Translations under genes and position numbers: made by a program | Assembly (NCBI RefSeq): GCF_045037415.1 | Contig: NZ_CP173438.1 | DNA: 64,000 bases | Strand: one strand, 5' to 3' | From: Escherichia coli | Lineage (GTDB): Bacteria; Pseudomonadota; Gammaproteobacteria; Enterobacterales; Enterobacteriaceae | The notes under the pieces: generated by a model | What the model was told of the DNA's origin: nothing | Databases searched by the model: none | The model's input: only the letters and a program-made list of their open reading frames with translations | In this document: positions 25,382-37,671 of the stretch, piece after piece | Position numbering within the stretch: the first letter of the stretch is position 1 | How the letters are laid out: every line of letters starts with the position of its first letter

Positions 25382-27025
25382 TTAGCGAATGTTAATCAGC
25401 GCATCAAAAATCGCGTTTGCCGTCTGCAGAACCTGCGCATTCGCGAGGTAATACTGCTGAAAACGTTGCAGATTTCCGTACTCCTCATCGAGATTGACAC
25501 CGGAAATCGACTGCTGCTGATTGGAAAGCTGCGTCACCACATTACCTTGAGTGGTGCTACTGGTTTTCAACGTCGCGGTTTTATTACCGATATCACTCAC
25601 TAACGAGGCATAAGCGTCGTTAAAGGATTTCGCACCGCCCACCGTTTTACTGTTGCTTTGCAGATCGAGCAGGGCCTGACCGTTGCGGTTGTCGCTATCA
25701 CCCGCATCTTCTGCGCTCGCCATGGCGATTTTCGCTTCGTCGGTGATTAATACATCCATGTTGACGATGGCGTCACTTACCGGTTTCAGCGTGAAGCTGT
25801 CGTTAACGGCAGGCGTTCCTGTAAACGTCAACTCCAGACCATCAAATGCCACTTTACCGTTGGCATCCGGCGTCACCGTAAAAGTGGTATTGCTGGCAAG
25901 GCGGGTGACCTGCCACTGATTATTATCGAACGAGATTTTGTAATCTGTCGCCAGTACCGCGGAGGTATCAGTTACCGTTGCACCGATCGCAACGTCACCT
26001 TTGTTTTTCGTGTTTTGCAGAACCGCGGGCTTACCGATAGCAAAGAAATCTTCACCGGCATCGCCGTTAGCATCAAATCCGGCTTTGTGTTGGGTGTTGA
26101 AAGCCTCGGCAAATGCCAGCGCCAGTTGTCCAAGCGTATTACGCGTCTGGTCCAGATCCTGAGAACGGAATGTCAGAATGCCGCCCAGCGACCCGGTATT
26201 CAGTAATTTCTCCGGGATCTCAATATTGCCTGCCGTCCCATCAACATAAGCGACAGTCGTACGAGAAGGGTCGGCGCTGGAAGGAACTGCCGCAAGTTGC
26301 CGCGCCGTACTTCCCTGAACCAGTGAGTAGCCATTGGCCATCGTGATGTTATAAGTGCCACCATCCTGAACACTGACTTCTACGCCAACAATCTGGTTTA
26401 ATTCGCTCACCAGTTGATCGCGTTGATCCAGCAGATTGTTAGGTGACGCCCCTGCCCCCACGCCTGTCAGGCGGGAGATCTGATCGTTCAGGCTGGCGAT
26501 TTGTTTAGCGTAATTGTTGATCTGATCAACACTGGCACCTATCGCGATATTGACCTGTTTGTCCTGGTCGCGCAGATATTGATCGGTGGTTTTAAACTGA
26601 TTCACCAACCCTTCTGATTTCCCAATCAGCGCCTGGCGCGCTGCCGGATCTTCCGCGTTACTCACCAGCGTTTGCAGGCTGGTGAAGAAATCCTGCATCT
26701 GTGTTGCCAGCGAAGAGGTACTGGTGGAGAGCATATTGTCGATTTTCGACATCTGCTCATAGCGGGCAGTCAGGCCGCTACTTTGCGTCTGCGCCGCACG
26801 TAACTGGTTGGTAATAAACGCATCATACTCACGCTGCACACCAGAAACGTAGACGCCATTGCCAACCCAGCCGCCAGCGCCCAACGTGCTATTGGCCTGC
26901 GCCATAATAGTGGTTTGGCGGGTATATCCGGCAACGTTATAGCTGGAGATATTATTACTTGCCGTATTTAACGCCGCCTGGGCCGCGTTCAGTCCGCTCA
27001 TGGCGTTATTGATCAAGCTGGACAT
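25382..27025 (-). CDS. flgK: flagellar hook-filament junction protein 1
   Basis: 547 aa ORF MSSLINNAMSGLNAAQAALNTASNNISSYNVAGYTRQ... Confidence 0.95.
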   Translation of the reverse strand: MSSLINNAMSGLNAAQAALNTASNNISSYNVAGYTRQTTIMAQANSTLGAGGWVGNGVYVSGVQREYDAFITNQLRAAQTQSSGLTARYEQMSKIDNMLSTSTSSLATQMQDFFTSLQTLVSNAEDPAARQALIGKSEGLVNQFKTTDQYLRDQDKQVNIAIGASVDQINNYAKQIASLNDQISRLTGVGAGASPNNLLDQRDQLVSELNQIVGVEVSVQDGGTYNITMANGYSLVQGSTARQLAAVPSSADPSRTTVAYVDGTAGNIEIPEKLLNTGSLGGILTFRSQDLDQTRNTLGQLALAFAEAFNTQHKAGFDANGDAGEDFFAIGKPAVLQNTKNKGDVAIGATVTDTSAVLATDYKISFDNNQWQVTRLASNTTFTVTPDANGKVAFDGLELTFTGTPAVNDSFTLKPVSDAIVNMDVLITDEAKIAMASAEDAGDSDNRNGQALLDLQSNSKTVGGAKSFNDAYASLVSDIGNKTATLKTSSTTQGNVVTQLSNQQQSISGVNLDEEYGNLQRFQQYYLANAQVLQTANAIFDALINIR

Positions 27026-27039
27026 GGAGGTTCCTTATA

Positions 27040-27080
27040 AGCCTTCAATTACAGAGTATTATCGGCAGCGACCCGCCGGA
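27040..27080 (-). promoter_or_regulatory. candidate sigma-28 (class 3) promoter of flgKL
   Basis: GCCGATAA -10 element on the minus strand (plus-strand ttatcggc at 27049-27056) just upstream of flgK; the -35 match is weaker. Confidence 0.45.
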
Positions 27081-27090
27081 CTTGAGTTAT

Positions 27091-28032
27091 TCAGAACAGA
27101 TTATCAATGTTCATGCTGTAGGTTTTGCTCACCTTGTCGCTTATCGATTTCATCTGCTGAATCATGTTGGTGAGTTTGCGGGCATAGTGAGGATCGGTGG
27201 CATAGCCCGCGTCCTGTAGGGCCTGCGCCCCCTGCTCCGCACTCGCGGCGGTCGTCACGGCGGCGTAGCGCGGGTTACGCGTTAACAGCCCAACGTAATC
27301 CGACAATGCTTCCAGATACGAGCTGTAGACCCGAAACTTCGCTTTTACTTTCTTCGCTTCGCCATTTTCATATTCAGTCGTGGTGATTTCAGTGACTGGC
27401 CCTTTCCAGTTGCCAGAGGCTTTGACACCAAACAGGTTATAGCTCGGCTCGCCGTTTTCACGGCGGATTTGCCGTTGTCCCCAGCCAGATTCCAGCGCCG
27501 CCTGAGCGAGGATCAAATGATGTGGCACACCACTTTGCTGGCTTGCCAGTTGGGCGGGCAGCGAGAGTTGCGCGAGGAATGCTTTACTGTCACCCGGCAG
27601 CGAATCATCGTAGTTACGTGGTACGGCCTTTTGCACCAGCTGCGAAAGCGTCTGATTTTGATAACGCACCACGGTTTCGAGCGGGAATTTTATCGGTGCT
27701 GCTGGCGTGGACTCCTCTGGCAATGGTTGTTCTGGCGTCATCTGTTTAACCATCATCTCTGCCAGCCCCAGACCTTTGCCCGCCGTCATCTGTTGGGCAA
27801 TCTGCTGGTCATACATACTGGTATACAGGCGAGTGTGCTCGCTGCTGAACAGGCCATCTTTTGGTAAAGCGTCGCGCATGCTTTTCAACATCATCTGCAC
27901 GAACATCCCTTCCACCTGGCGGGCCACCGGACGGATATTTGCCGCTGGATCTTCGCCCGCTTTCGCCTTTAGTTCGTTGAGTGATTGCGCATCCCAGGCC
28001 GCACTTGCCAGTAGTTTGCTGTCGCTGATCAT
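27091..28032 (-). CDS. flgJ: flagellar rod-assembly protein / peptidoglycan hydrolase
   Basis: ORF with [26 protein letters not shown]... start (ATG 28030-28032, 313 aa) and C-terminal glucosaminidase domain. Confidence 0.93.
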   Translation of the reverse strand: MISDSKLLASAAWDAQSLNELKAKAGEDPAANIRPVARQVEGMFVQMMLKSMRDALPKDGLFSSEHTRLYTSMYDQQIAQQMTAGKGLGLAEMMVKQMTPEQPLPEESTPAAPIKFPLETVVRYQNQTLSQLVQKAVPRNYDDSLPGDSKAFLAQLSLPAQLASQQSGVPHHLILAQAALESGWGQRQIRRENGEPSYNLFGVKASGNWKGPVTEITTTEYENGEAKKVKAKFRVYSSYLEALSDYVGLLTRNPRYAAVTTAASAEQGAQALQDAGYATDPHYARKLTNMIQQMKSISDKVSKTYSMNIDNLF

Positions 28033-29129
28033 CAGATGATTTCCAGTTTTGCCCGCAGACATCCCGCACTTTGCATTGATTGCAGTATGGACATCAGATC
28101 CATCGGCGTAGCGCCCAGCGCATTGAGCGCACGCACCACGTTATTGAGGCTGGCGCTGGAACGTACGCTTTGCAGCGAACCGCCGCTCTGGCGTAAATCG
28201 ATCTGCGTTTGTGGAGTAACCACAGTCTGCCCACCACCAAACGGTGTATCTGGCTGGCTGACATTGGCCTGACGATTAACTGTTACTGAGAGATTCCCCT
28301 GCGCTACCGCGCAGCTGTCGAGGGTCACTTCGCGATTCATCACCACCGAACCAGTGCGCGAGTTAATCACTACTTTAGCGTCCTGCGGGGTGACATTAAC
28401 CTGCATATTCTGGATATCGGCAAGGAAACGGACCTGGGAACTGTTGCCACTTGGTACGCGCACCTGAATAGTCCGCGCATCTAACGCGGTGGCGCTGCCA
28501 TATCCACGCACGCGGTTGATGGTGTCAGCGATTTGCTGCGCCATACTGAAATCTTCGTCGTTAAGTTGCAAATTAAGGGTATTCCCGACGCCAAACTGGC
28601 TGGGCAATTCACGTTCAATAACCGCACCATTGGTGATCCGTCCACCGTTCAGTTGATTCACCTGAACACTGCTACCGCCAGCGGAGGCCCCTGCGCCGCC
28701 AACCAGAATATTGCCCTGCGCCAGCGCATACACCTGACTGTCAACGCCCTTAAGCGGTGTCATCAATAACGTACCGCCACGCAGACTTTTGGCATTTCCC
28801 ATGGAAGAAACCACCACGTCAATGGTTTGCCCCTGACGTCCAAACGGTGGAAGTGACGCTGTCACCATAACCGCAGCGACGTTTTTTAGCTGCATATTAG
28901 TGCCCGTCGGAACGGTAATTCCCAGCTGTGAGAGCATGTTATTAAGCGTTTGTGTGGTAAACGGCGTCTGAGTTGTCTGGTCACCTGTACCATCAAGCCC
29001 CACCACCAGGCCATAGCCAATCAGTGAGTTTTGCCTTACCCCCTGAACACTGGTGAGATCGCGAATACGCTCAGCCTGAGCCGCCGTGGTAACCAGTAAA
29101 AGAATTAATGCAGAGAGAAATTTAATCAC
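28032..29129 (-). CDS. flgI: flagellar P-ring protein
   Basis: ORF (M)[24 protein letters not shown]...; first codons are GTG GTG, start assigned to the second GTG (365 aa). Confidence 0.93.
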
Positions 29130-29140
29130 CACAGCCTCAC

Positions 29141-29839
29141 TTACATTGGCGACAGGTTAAGGAAGAAACGCTGCAACCAGCCCATATTTTGCGCTTCGTT
29201 AATGTAGCCATTGCCTACGTATTCAATGCGCGCATCTGCCACCTGAGTAGACGGTACGGTATTGCTGCCGCTGATAGTGCGTGGATTAACCACCCCAGAG
29301 AAGCGAATAAATTCGGTACCCTGATTAATGGCGATCTGTTTTTCACCCACCACATGCAGGTTGCCGTTGACCAGTACCTGGTCAACCGTCACCGTCAACG
29401 TACCGCTAAAGGTATTGCTGGCATTGGCCCCGCCTTTTCCGTTGAACGTGTTACCACCGGAGGCTTCGACATCGGCACGAGCGTTACCAAACAACCCCTG
29501 CAAATAGCGCGGCACAGTATCAAAGCCAAAATTAGTTTTACCGTCACGGCTGGCATTCGCAGAGGAGCTTTTGCTGGCGCTGACGTTCTCCTGCAACACG
29601 ATAGTCAGCGTATCGCCAATATTGCGTGGTCGACGATCTTCAAACAGCGGTTGATAGCCATAGTTAATCGGCTGAGCAGACTGGAAAATAGACCCGTTGG
29701 CGACGGGCGTCGGACCGGGAACCGGTTGTGCACTGGTCGCCCCCTGTACCAGCGGCGTGGAGGGTATCCAGGCGCAGCCGGTTAGTGAAAGCGCCAACAA
29801 GCTGGAAATGGCATAAGTATGCGCAGCGTTTTTTTGCAT
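29141..29839 (-). CDS. flgH: flagellar L-ring lipoprotein
   Basis: ORF with [22 protein letters not shown]... (lipobox LTGC), 232 aa from ATG 29837-29839. Confidence 0.93.
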
Positions 29840-29892
29840 GGCTATCATCTTCAAAAATCAGTAAACCGGTGAACCTGCCCACCGGTTAAGCC

Positions 29893-30693
<801 letters not shown>

Positions 30694-30720
30694 TTAGTGA
30701 CAAAGTGCATATGTCTTCTT

Positions 30721-30755
<35 letters not shown>

Positions 30756-30846
30756 AGAGCTCGCAAAATCGATAAATTGCGATTGCCCCCATAGACCCGA
30801 TAAACTTGCGCATAGGGCAACTTATACTTGTCATGTATCCTTTCAA

Positions 30847-31602
30847 TTAACTCATCGACAGCAGTTGGTTGGCACGGCCTGCGTTATCATCGACGCTGCT
30901 GATCACCTTCATCTGCATTTCAAAACGCCGTGCGCTGGCAATCATGTCGCTCATTGCCGCAACGGCATTGACGTTACTGCCTTCCAGAACCCCCGACATC
31001 ACACGCAAGGTTGGATCTGCCTGCAGTACCGGCCCACGCGTAGCCTGGCTTTCTGCGCTTAAACGAAAAATGCCATCGTCACCGCGCTGGACTTCGCTGC
31101 CCGTGGCTTTCACCAGCTTCAGACGCCCCACTGGCGCAACCGTATTTGCCGGATCGCCCGGATTCAGCGCCGAGATTGTGCCATCGGCAGCAATAGTGAT
31201 TTCCGCCCCTTCCGGCACAGCAATTGGCCCCGCCTCGCCTACCACCGGATGTCCCTGAATTGTCAGTTGCCCGGTGGGATCAACCTGAATGCTGCCATTA
31301 CGCGTATACCCTTCACTGCCGTCAGCGGTCTGCACGACCAGCCAACCATCCTGCTGCAACGCAACGTCCAGCGGGCGCGAGGTGTAATCCATCTTGCCGG
31401 GCGTCATGTCTGCACCCGGTGTTGACGCCGTTACCAGCGTGCGCGTGGGCAGTGAAAGCCCTTCCACCGGCACTGCGCGCAAGGCGTTTAACTGCGCGCG
31501 AAAACCGGGCGTAGAGGCATTGGCCAGATTACTGGCGGTTACCGCCTGTTGATTCAGCGTCTGGCTGGCTGCTCCCATCGCGGTATAAATTGCGTGATCC
31601 AT
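30847..31602 (-). CDS. flgF: flagellar proximal rod protein
   Basis: 251 aa ORF MDHAIYTAMGAASQTLNQQAVTASNLANASTPGFRAQ... Confidence 0.96.
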   Translation of the reverse strand: MDHAIYTAMGAASQTLNQQAVTASNLANASTPGFRAQLNALRAVPVEGLSLPTRTLVTASTPGADMTPGKMDYTSRPLDVALQQDGWLVVQTADGSEGYTRNGSIQVDPTGQLTIQGHPVVGEAGPIAVPEGAEITIAADGTISALNPGDPANTVAPVGRLKLVKATGSEVQRGDDGIFRLSAESQATRGPVLQADPTLRVMSGVLEGSNVNAVAAMSDMIASARRFEMQMKVISSVDDNAGRANQLLSMS

Positions 31603-31621
31603 TGAGCTATCCCGTCAGCGA

Positions 31622-32827
31622 TTAGCGTAAGTTAACCAGCGTATTGAGGATCTGGTCCTGGGTTTTGATGGTCTGGGCGTTAGACTGATAGTTACGCTGG
31701 GCAACGATCATATTGACCAGTTCTTTACTGAGATCGACGTTGGACGCTTCCAGCGCACCGTTGGTCAGGGTGCCAAAGTTGCCCGTCCCGGCTGTCCCCA
31801 ACAGCGCCACGCCAGAAGATTGCGTAGCGGACCAGACGTTGTCGCCTTCGGATGCCAGACCTTCGTTGTTGGCAAAGTTCGCCAGTACAATCTGCCCCAG
31901 CAGTTGGGTTTGTTCGTTGGAATAGTTGCCGACAACCGTACCGTCATCATTGATTTGATAACTCACCAGATCGCCCGGTTTGTAGCCGTTCTGGGTGGTT
32001 GCCACAATGTTGTTAGCGCCGGTATTTTGCTGCATGGAGTTGAGGAAGCTCAGGCTAAACGTGGCGGGATCTGCGCCGTTAATTGCGCCGGTGGTAATAT
32101 CCTTTGTTGGATCTGAGGTCAGAACGCCATTGGCATTAAACACCAGCGTCGTTGCAGGGTTAGCTGTGCCTGTTGGATCACTGCTATCCAGGGTGTAAAC
32201 ATCCCAGTTATTATCCCCGGTCTTCACAAAGTAGACGCTCATGTCATGAGCATTACCCTGACTATCGAAAACAGTCACCGAACCTTTTTTGTTATAGCTA
32301 TCCGCATTGCTGGCATCAAATGCGTTAACAGAGGGAAGCGAATCACTGGAATTCAGGTTGATCTGCATCGACGCCGTGGTGGTAGTTTTCGCTGCCATCA
32401 GGGTATTCGGAATCGAAATATTGGTCGGATTCGCCCCTTGCTGAATAGTCGGCGGCGTACCGGTTGCCGGGTAACCCGTCAGCTGTAAACCTTGCATATT
32501 CACCAGGTTACGGTTTTCATCCAGCTTAAATTGTCCGTTACGGCTGTAGAATACCGAACCATTGCTGTCTACCAGACGGAAAAAACCGTTCTGGCTGATA
32601 GCAACGTCCAGACCACGCCCGGTGTTGGTGGTCGTGCCATCGGTAAAGTCCTGAGTGATACCAGCAACTTTTACCCCCAGTCCCACTTTCGAACCGGCAA
32701 ACATATCGGCAAAAGAGGCCGTGCCTGATTTAAAGCCGTAGGTGGCGGAGTTGGCGATATTGTTGCCAATAACATCGAGGTTGGTGGCGGCAGCGTTTAA
32801 TCCGCTAACCGCTTGAGAAAAGGCCAT
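31622..32827 (-). CDS. flgE: flagellar hook protein
   Basis: 401 aa ORF MAFSQAVSGLNAAATNLDVIGNNIANSATYGFKSG... with conserved termini and variable central domain. Confidence 0.96.
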   Translation of the reverse strand: MAFSQAVSGLNAAATNLDVIGNNIANSATYGFKSGTASFADMFAGSKVGLGVKVAGITQDFTDGTTTNTGRGLDVAISQNGFFRLVDSNGSVFYSRNGQFKLDENRNLVNMQGLQLTGYPATGTPPTIQQGANPTNISIPNTLMAAKTTTTASMQINLNSSDSLPSVNAFDASNADSYNKKGSVTVFDSQGNAHDMSVYFVKTGDNNWDVYTLDSSDPTGTANPATTLVFNANGVLTSDPTKDITTGAINGADPATFSLSFLNSMQQNTGANNIVATTQNGYKPGDLVSYQINDDGTVVGNYSNEQTQLLGQIVLANFANNEGLASEGDNVWSATQSSGVALLGTAGTGNFGTLTNGALEASNVDLSKELVNMIVAQRNYQSNAQTIKTQDQILNTLVNLR

Positions 32828-32851
32828 GACTGACTCCTGAAATGTGAAGGC

Positions 32852-33547
32852 TTAAATTATCTGCCGTACTTCGTCGAGGGTAGTGGTGCCGTAAGTGCCA
32901 AGATCCAGCGTATTACCGTTGTTGCCGCGGATCACCCCCTGCACCAGAGCAAACTGCAGCGGTTGGGCAACCAGTTGTGTACCACCGTTACTGGCGCTAA
33001 TCGCTACATTGTAAGAACCGTTCGGCGCAGTGCTGCCGTCAGTCAACGTACCGTCCCAGGTGAAACTGTGGACTCCGGCAGTCAGTTCACCGATATCAAT
33101 GGTACGGACGACCGCGCCGTTTTTATCGGTGATGGTGGCCGTCACTTTGTCTGCTGCCTGTTGCAACTCAACACCAAACGGCGTGGTCGTGGTCACAGCC
33201 CCTTCTTCACTGCCGGTTCCCGCAAGAACTGTGGTACCGGGGATCATCACGCCGTGACCGATAAGGTTACTGGCCTGTAACGACTGACTGTTATCAATCT
33301 GTCCGGAAATAGATCCGAGCGTGGTATTGAGTTTTTCAATCCCACTGACCGTGCTGATTTGTGCCAATTGCGACGTCAGCTCGTTGTTTTCCATTGGATT
33401 GGTCGGGTCCTGGTTTTTCAGCTGCGCCACCAACAAAGTCAGAAAACTGCTTTGTAAATCTGCGGCGTTGCTGCCCGTGAGCGAACTACTGCTGGTGGTA
33501 CTGACGCCGGTATTCGTCGGATCGGTGGTGGTTACCGCAATAGACAT
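32852..33547 (-). CDS. flgD: flagellar hook-capping (scaffold) protein
   Basis: 231 aa ORF MSIAVTTTDPTNTGVSTTSSSSLTGSNAADLQSSFLTLLVAQLKNQDPTNP... Confidence 0.95.
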   Translation of the reverse strand: MSIAVTTTDPTNTGVSTTSSSSLTGSNAADLQSSFLTLLVAQLKNQDPTNPMENNELTSQLAQISTVSGIEKLNTTLGSISGQIDNSQSLQASNLIGHGVMIPGTTVLAGTGSEEGAVTTTTPFGVELQQAADKVTATITDKNGAVVRTIDIGELTAGVHSFTWDGTLTDGSTAPNGSYNVAISASNGGTQLVAQPLQFALVQGVIRGNNGNTLDLGTYGTTTLDEVRQII

Positions 33548-33558
33548 AGCTTTCTCCT

Positions 33559-33963
33559 TTATTGACCGAGCGTAAGGGTTTTCAGCATCATGCTTTTCAC
33601 CGTGTTGAGCACTTCAACATTGGCCTGATAACTGCGTGACGCCGACATGGTGTTAACCATCTCCCCGACGACATCAACGTTTGGCATTTTCACGTAGCCC
33701 TTTGCATCCGCCAGCGGATTACCCGGTTCATAAACCAGTTTGTCCGGGGCCTGACTTTCTATAACATCGGCAACCTTTACGCCGCCTGTCGCAGCACCTG
33801 GTGCAGCGTTAACCTGGAATACCACCTGTTTTGCCCGATATGGCTGTCCATCGGGACCGGTCACGCTATCAGCATTCGCCAGATTACTGGCCGCCACGTT
33901 CAGACGCTGGGACTGGGCAGTTAACGCCGACCCGGCGATATCAAAAATATTCAGCAGTGCCAT
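33559..33963 (-). CDS. flgC: flagellar proximal rod protein
   Basis: 134 aa [37 protein letters not shown]... Confidence 0.96.
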
Positions 33964-33966
33964 CCG

Positions 33967-34383
33967 TTAATTTCCGCTCTGTAAAACGTTCATCATGCCT
34001 TTAATTTGCCCGCTCAACGCGCTAAGGCTCATCTGGTATTGCAGGCTGTTATCGGCAAACTGGGTGCGTTCGCGATCCATATCGACAGTATTACCGTCAA
34101 GCGAAGGCTGGTCCGGAATACGGTATTGCAGTTCTGCGGAAGGAGGCGTCAGCGCCTGCGCCGGAATGTGTTGCGTTGAGGTCATCGTCAGAGCAACCAC
34201 ACTGGTTGCATCCCGTCCACGTTGCATGACTTTTTTAAGTTCACTGGCAAAATCGATATCGCGCGCCTGATAACCAGGGGTATCGGCATTGGCGATGTTT
34301 GCTGCCAGCACTTCCTGACGCTGGGCGCGCAGATTGAGCGCCTCTTGTTGAAAACGTAAGGCGGCGTCGAGCTTATCGAGCAT
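33967..34383 (-). CDS. flgB: flagellar proximal rod protein
   Basis: 138 aa [48 protein letters not shown]... Confidence 0.96.
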   Translation of the reverse strand: MLDKLDAALRFQQEALNLRAQRQEVLAANIANADTPGYQARDIDFASELKKVMQRGRDATSVVALTMTSTQHIPAQALTPPSAELQYRIPDQPSLDGNTVDMDRERTQFADNSLQYQMSLSALSGQIKGMMNVLQSGN

Positions 34384-34537
34384 ATCTCCTCCGCAGGTAT
34401 CAAAATTCTGCCATCAGCTTAAATGCCTTTACGCGCGCGTTATCGGCGGAATAAACGCAAAATGGGTCGCTATTTATGCCGTTGATGGTCATTGCGGACA
34501 GGTACAATTCACGTTGTAGAAATGGCTGGGGGCGAAA
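34384..34537. promoter_or_regulatory. divergent flgB / flgA promoter region (FlhDC-dependent class 2 promoters expected)
   Basis: 154 bp gap between divergently oriented flgB and flgA; contains a GCCGATAA-like element reading toward flgB (plus-strand ttatcggc near 34440). Confidence 0.6.
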
Positions 34538-35197
34538 ATGCTGACAATAAAACGTAGCGTGGCGATCATCGCGATACTCTTCAGTCCGTTAAGTACGGCG
34601 AGCAATCTCACATCGCAATTGCACAACTTTTTTAGCGCCCAACTCGCGGGGGTAAGTGATGAGGTTCGTGTTTCTATTCGTACAGCGCCCAATCTGCTAC
34701 CGCCGTGCGAGCAGCCATTGCTTTCGATGAGCAATAATTCCCGCCTGTGGGGCAATGTGAATGTGTTGGCACGCTGCGGTAACGACAAACGATATTTACA
34801 GGTTAATGTACAGGCCACAGGAAATTATGTGGTTGCCGCGATGCCCATTGTGCGTGGAGGAAAGCTGGAAGCTGGCAATGTCAAACTGAAACGCGGACGG
34901 CTGGATACCTTGCCACCGCGTACGGTGCTGGATATCAATCAACTTGTTGATGCCGTTAGCCTGCGCGATCTATCACCCGATCAACCTATCCAGTTAACCC
35001 ACTTTCGCCAGGCATGGCGGGTAAAAGCGGGACAACGCGTCAACGTTATCGCCAGCGGTGATGGGTTTAGCGCCAACGCAGAAGGTCAGGCGCTGAACAA
35101 TGCAGCCGTCGCACAGAATGCGCGGGTGCGCATGATATCGGGACAAGTGGTCAGCGGCGTTGTTGATGCAGATGGGAATATTCTTATAAACCTGTAA
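34538..35197 (+). CDS. flgA: flagellar P-ring assembly chaperone
   Basis: 219 aa ORF MLTIKRSVAIIAILFSPLSTASNLTSQ... with signal peptide. Confidence 0.93.
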   Translation: MLTIKRSVAIIAILFSPLSTASNLTSQLHNFFSAQLAGVSDEVRVSIRTAPNLLPPCEQPLLSMSNNSRLWGNVNVLARCGNDKRYLQVNVQATGNYVVAAMPIVRGGKLEAGNVKLKRGRLDTLPPRTVLDINQLVDAVSLRDLSPDQPIQLTHFRQAWRVKAGQRVNVIASGDGFSANAEGQALNNAAVAQNARVRMISGQVVSGVVDADGNILINL

Positions 35198-35202
35198 GCT
35201 GT

Positions 35203-35229
35203 TAAAGATTACCCGTCCCTTGCCGATAA
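35203..35229 (+). promoter_or_regulatory. sigma-28 (class 3) promoter of flgMN
   Basis: TAAAGATT (35203-35210) - 11 nt - GCCGATAA (35222-35229): near-perfect match to TAAAGTTT-N11-GCCGATAA, about 45 bp upstream of flgM. Confidence 0.8.
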
Positions 35230-35272
35230 ATAAGCAACACATGATAAAAGCGCCCTCAATGAGGAATAAACC

Positions 35273-35566
35273 ATGAGTATTGATCGCACTTCGCCTCTGA
35301 AGCCAGTAAGCACCGTTCAACCGCGCGAAACCACTGACGCGCCGGTAACAAACACCCGAGCGGCAAAAACAACAGCCTCCACCAGCACCAGTGTGACGTT
35401 AAGCGACGCGCAAGCAAAACTGATGCAACCCGGCAGCAGTGATATCAATCTTGAACGTGTCGAAGCGTTAAAGCTGGCGATTCGTAACGGTGAACTAAAA
35501 ATGGACACTGGCAAAATTGCCGATGCGCTGATCAACGAAGCGCAGCAAGACTTGCAGAGTAATTGA
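35273..35566 (+). CDS. flgM: anti-sigma-28 factor
   Basis: 97 aa [39 protein letters not shown]... Confidence 0.96.
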   Translation: MSIDRTSPLKPVSTVQPRETTDAPVTNTRAAKTTASTSTSVTLSDAQAKLMQPGSSDINLERVEALKLAIRNGELKMDTGKIADALINEAQQDLQSN

Positions 35567-35570
35567 TCGT

Positions 35571-35987
35571 ATGACGCGTCTTGCAGAGATCCTCGACCAG
35601 ATGTCCGCTGTGCTTAACGATCTCAAAACGGTAATGGATCAAGAGCAGCAACATCTCTCTATGGGGCAGATCAACGGCAGCCAGTTGCAATGGATTACAG
35701 AACAAAAAAGCTCACTGCTGGCGACGCTGGATTACCTCGAACAGTTACGCAGGAAAGAACCCAATACAGCAAATAGCGTTGATATTAGTCAACGCTGGCA
35801 GGAAATTGCTGTGAAAACGCAGCAACTACGCCAAATGAATCAACATAACGGCTGGTTACTGGAAGGACAGATTGAGCGCAATCAACAGGCGCTGGAAATG
35901 TTGAAACCGCATCAGGAACCGACGCTGTATGGGGCGAACGGTCAGACCTCAACCCCCTATCGCGGCAGTAAAAAGATTTCGATCTGA
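35571..35987 (+). CDS. flgN: flagellar export chaperone for FlgK/FlgL
   Basis: 138 aa ORF MTRLAEILDQMSAVLNDLKTVMDQEQQHLSMGQ... Confidence 0.95.
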   Translation: MTRLAEILDQMSAVLNDLKTVMDQEQQHLSMGQINGSQLQWITEQKSSLLATLDYLEQLRRKEPNTANSVDISQRWQEIAVKTQQLRQMNQHNGWLLEGQIERNQQALEMLKPHQEPTLYGANGQTSTPYRGSKKISI

Positions 35988-35997
35988 AGATTATCTC

Positions 35998-36018
35998 CGG
36001 CCTGCACTGCAGGCCGGA
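35998..36018. terminator. inverted repeat between convergent flgN and murJ
   Basis: ccggcctgcactgcaggccgg, a perfect GC-rich palindrome in a 39 bp convergent gap; no clear U-run. Confidence 0.55.
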
Positions 36019-36026
36019 ATGTATCG

Positions 36027-37649
<1,623 letters not shown>

Positions 37650-37671
37650 CTACCGCCAGATGTTACAGGGT

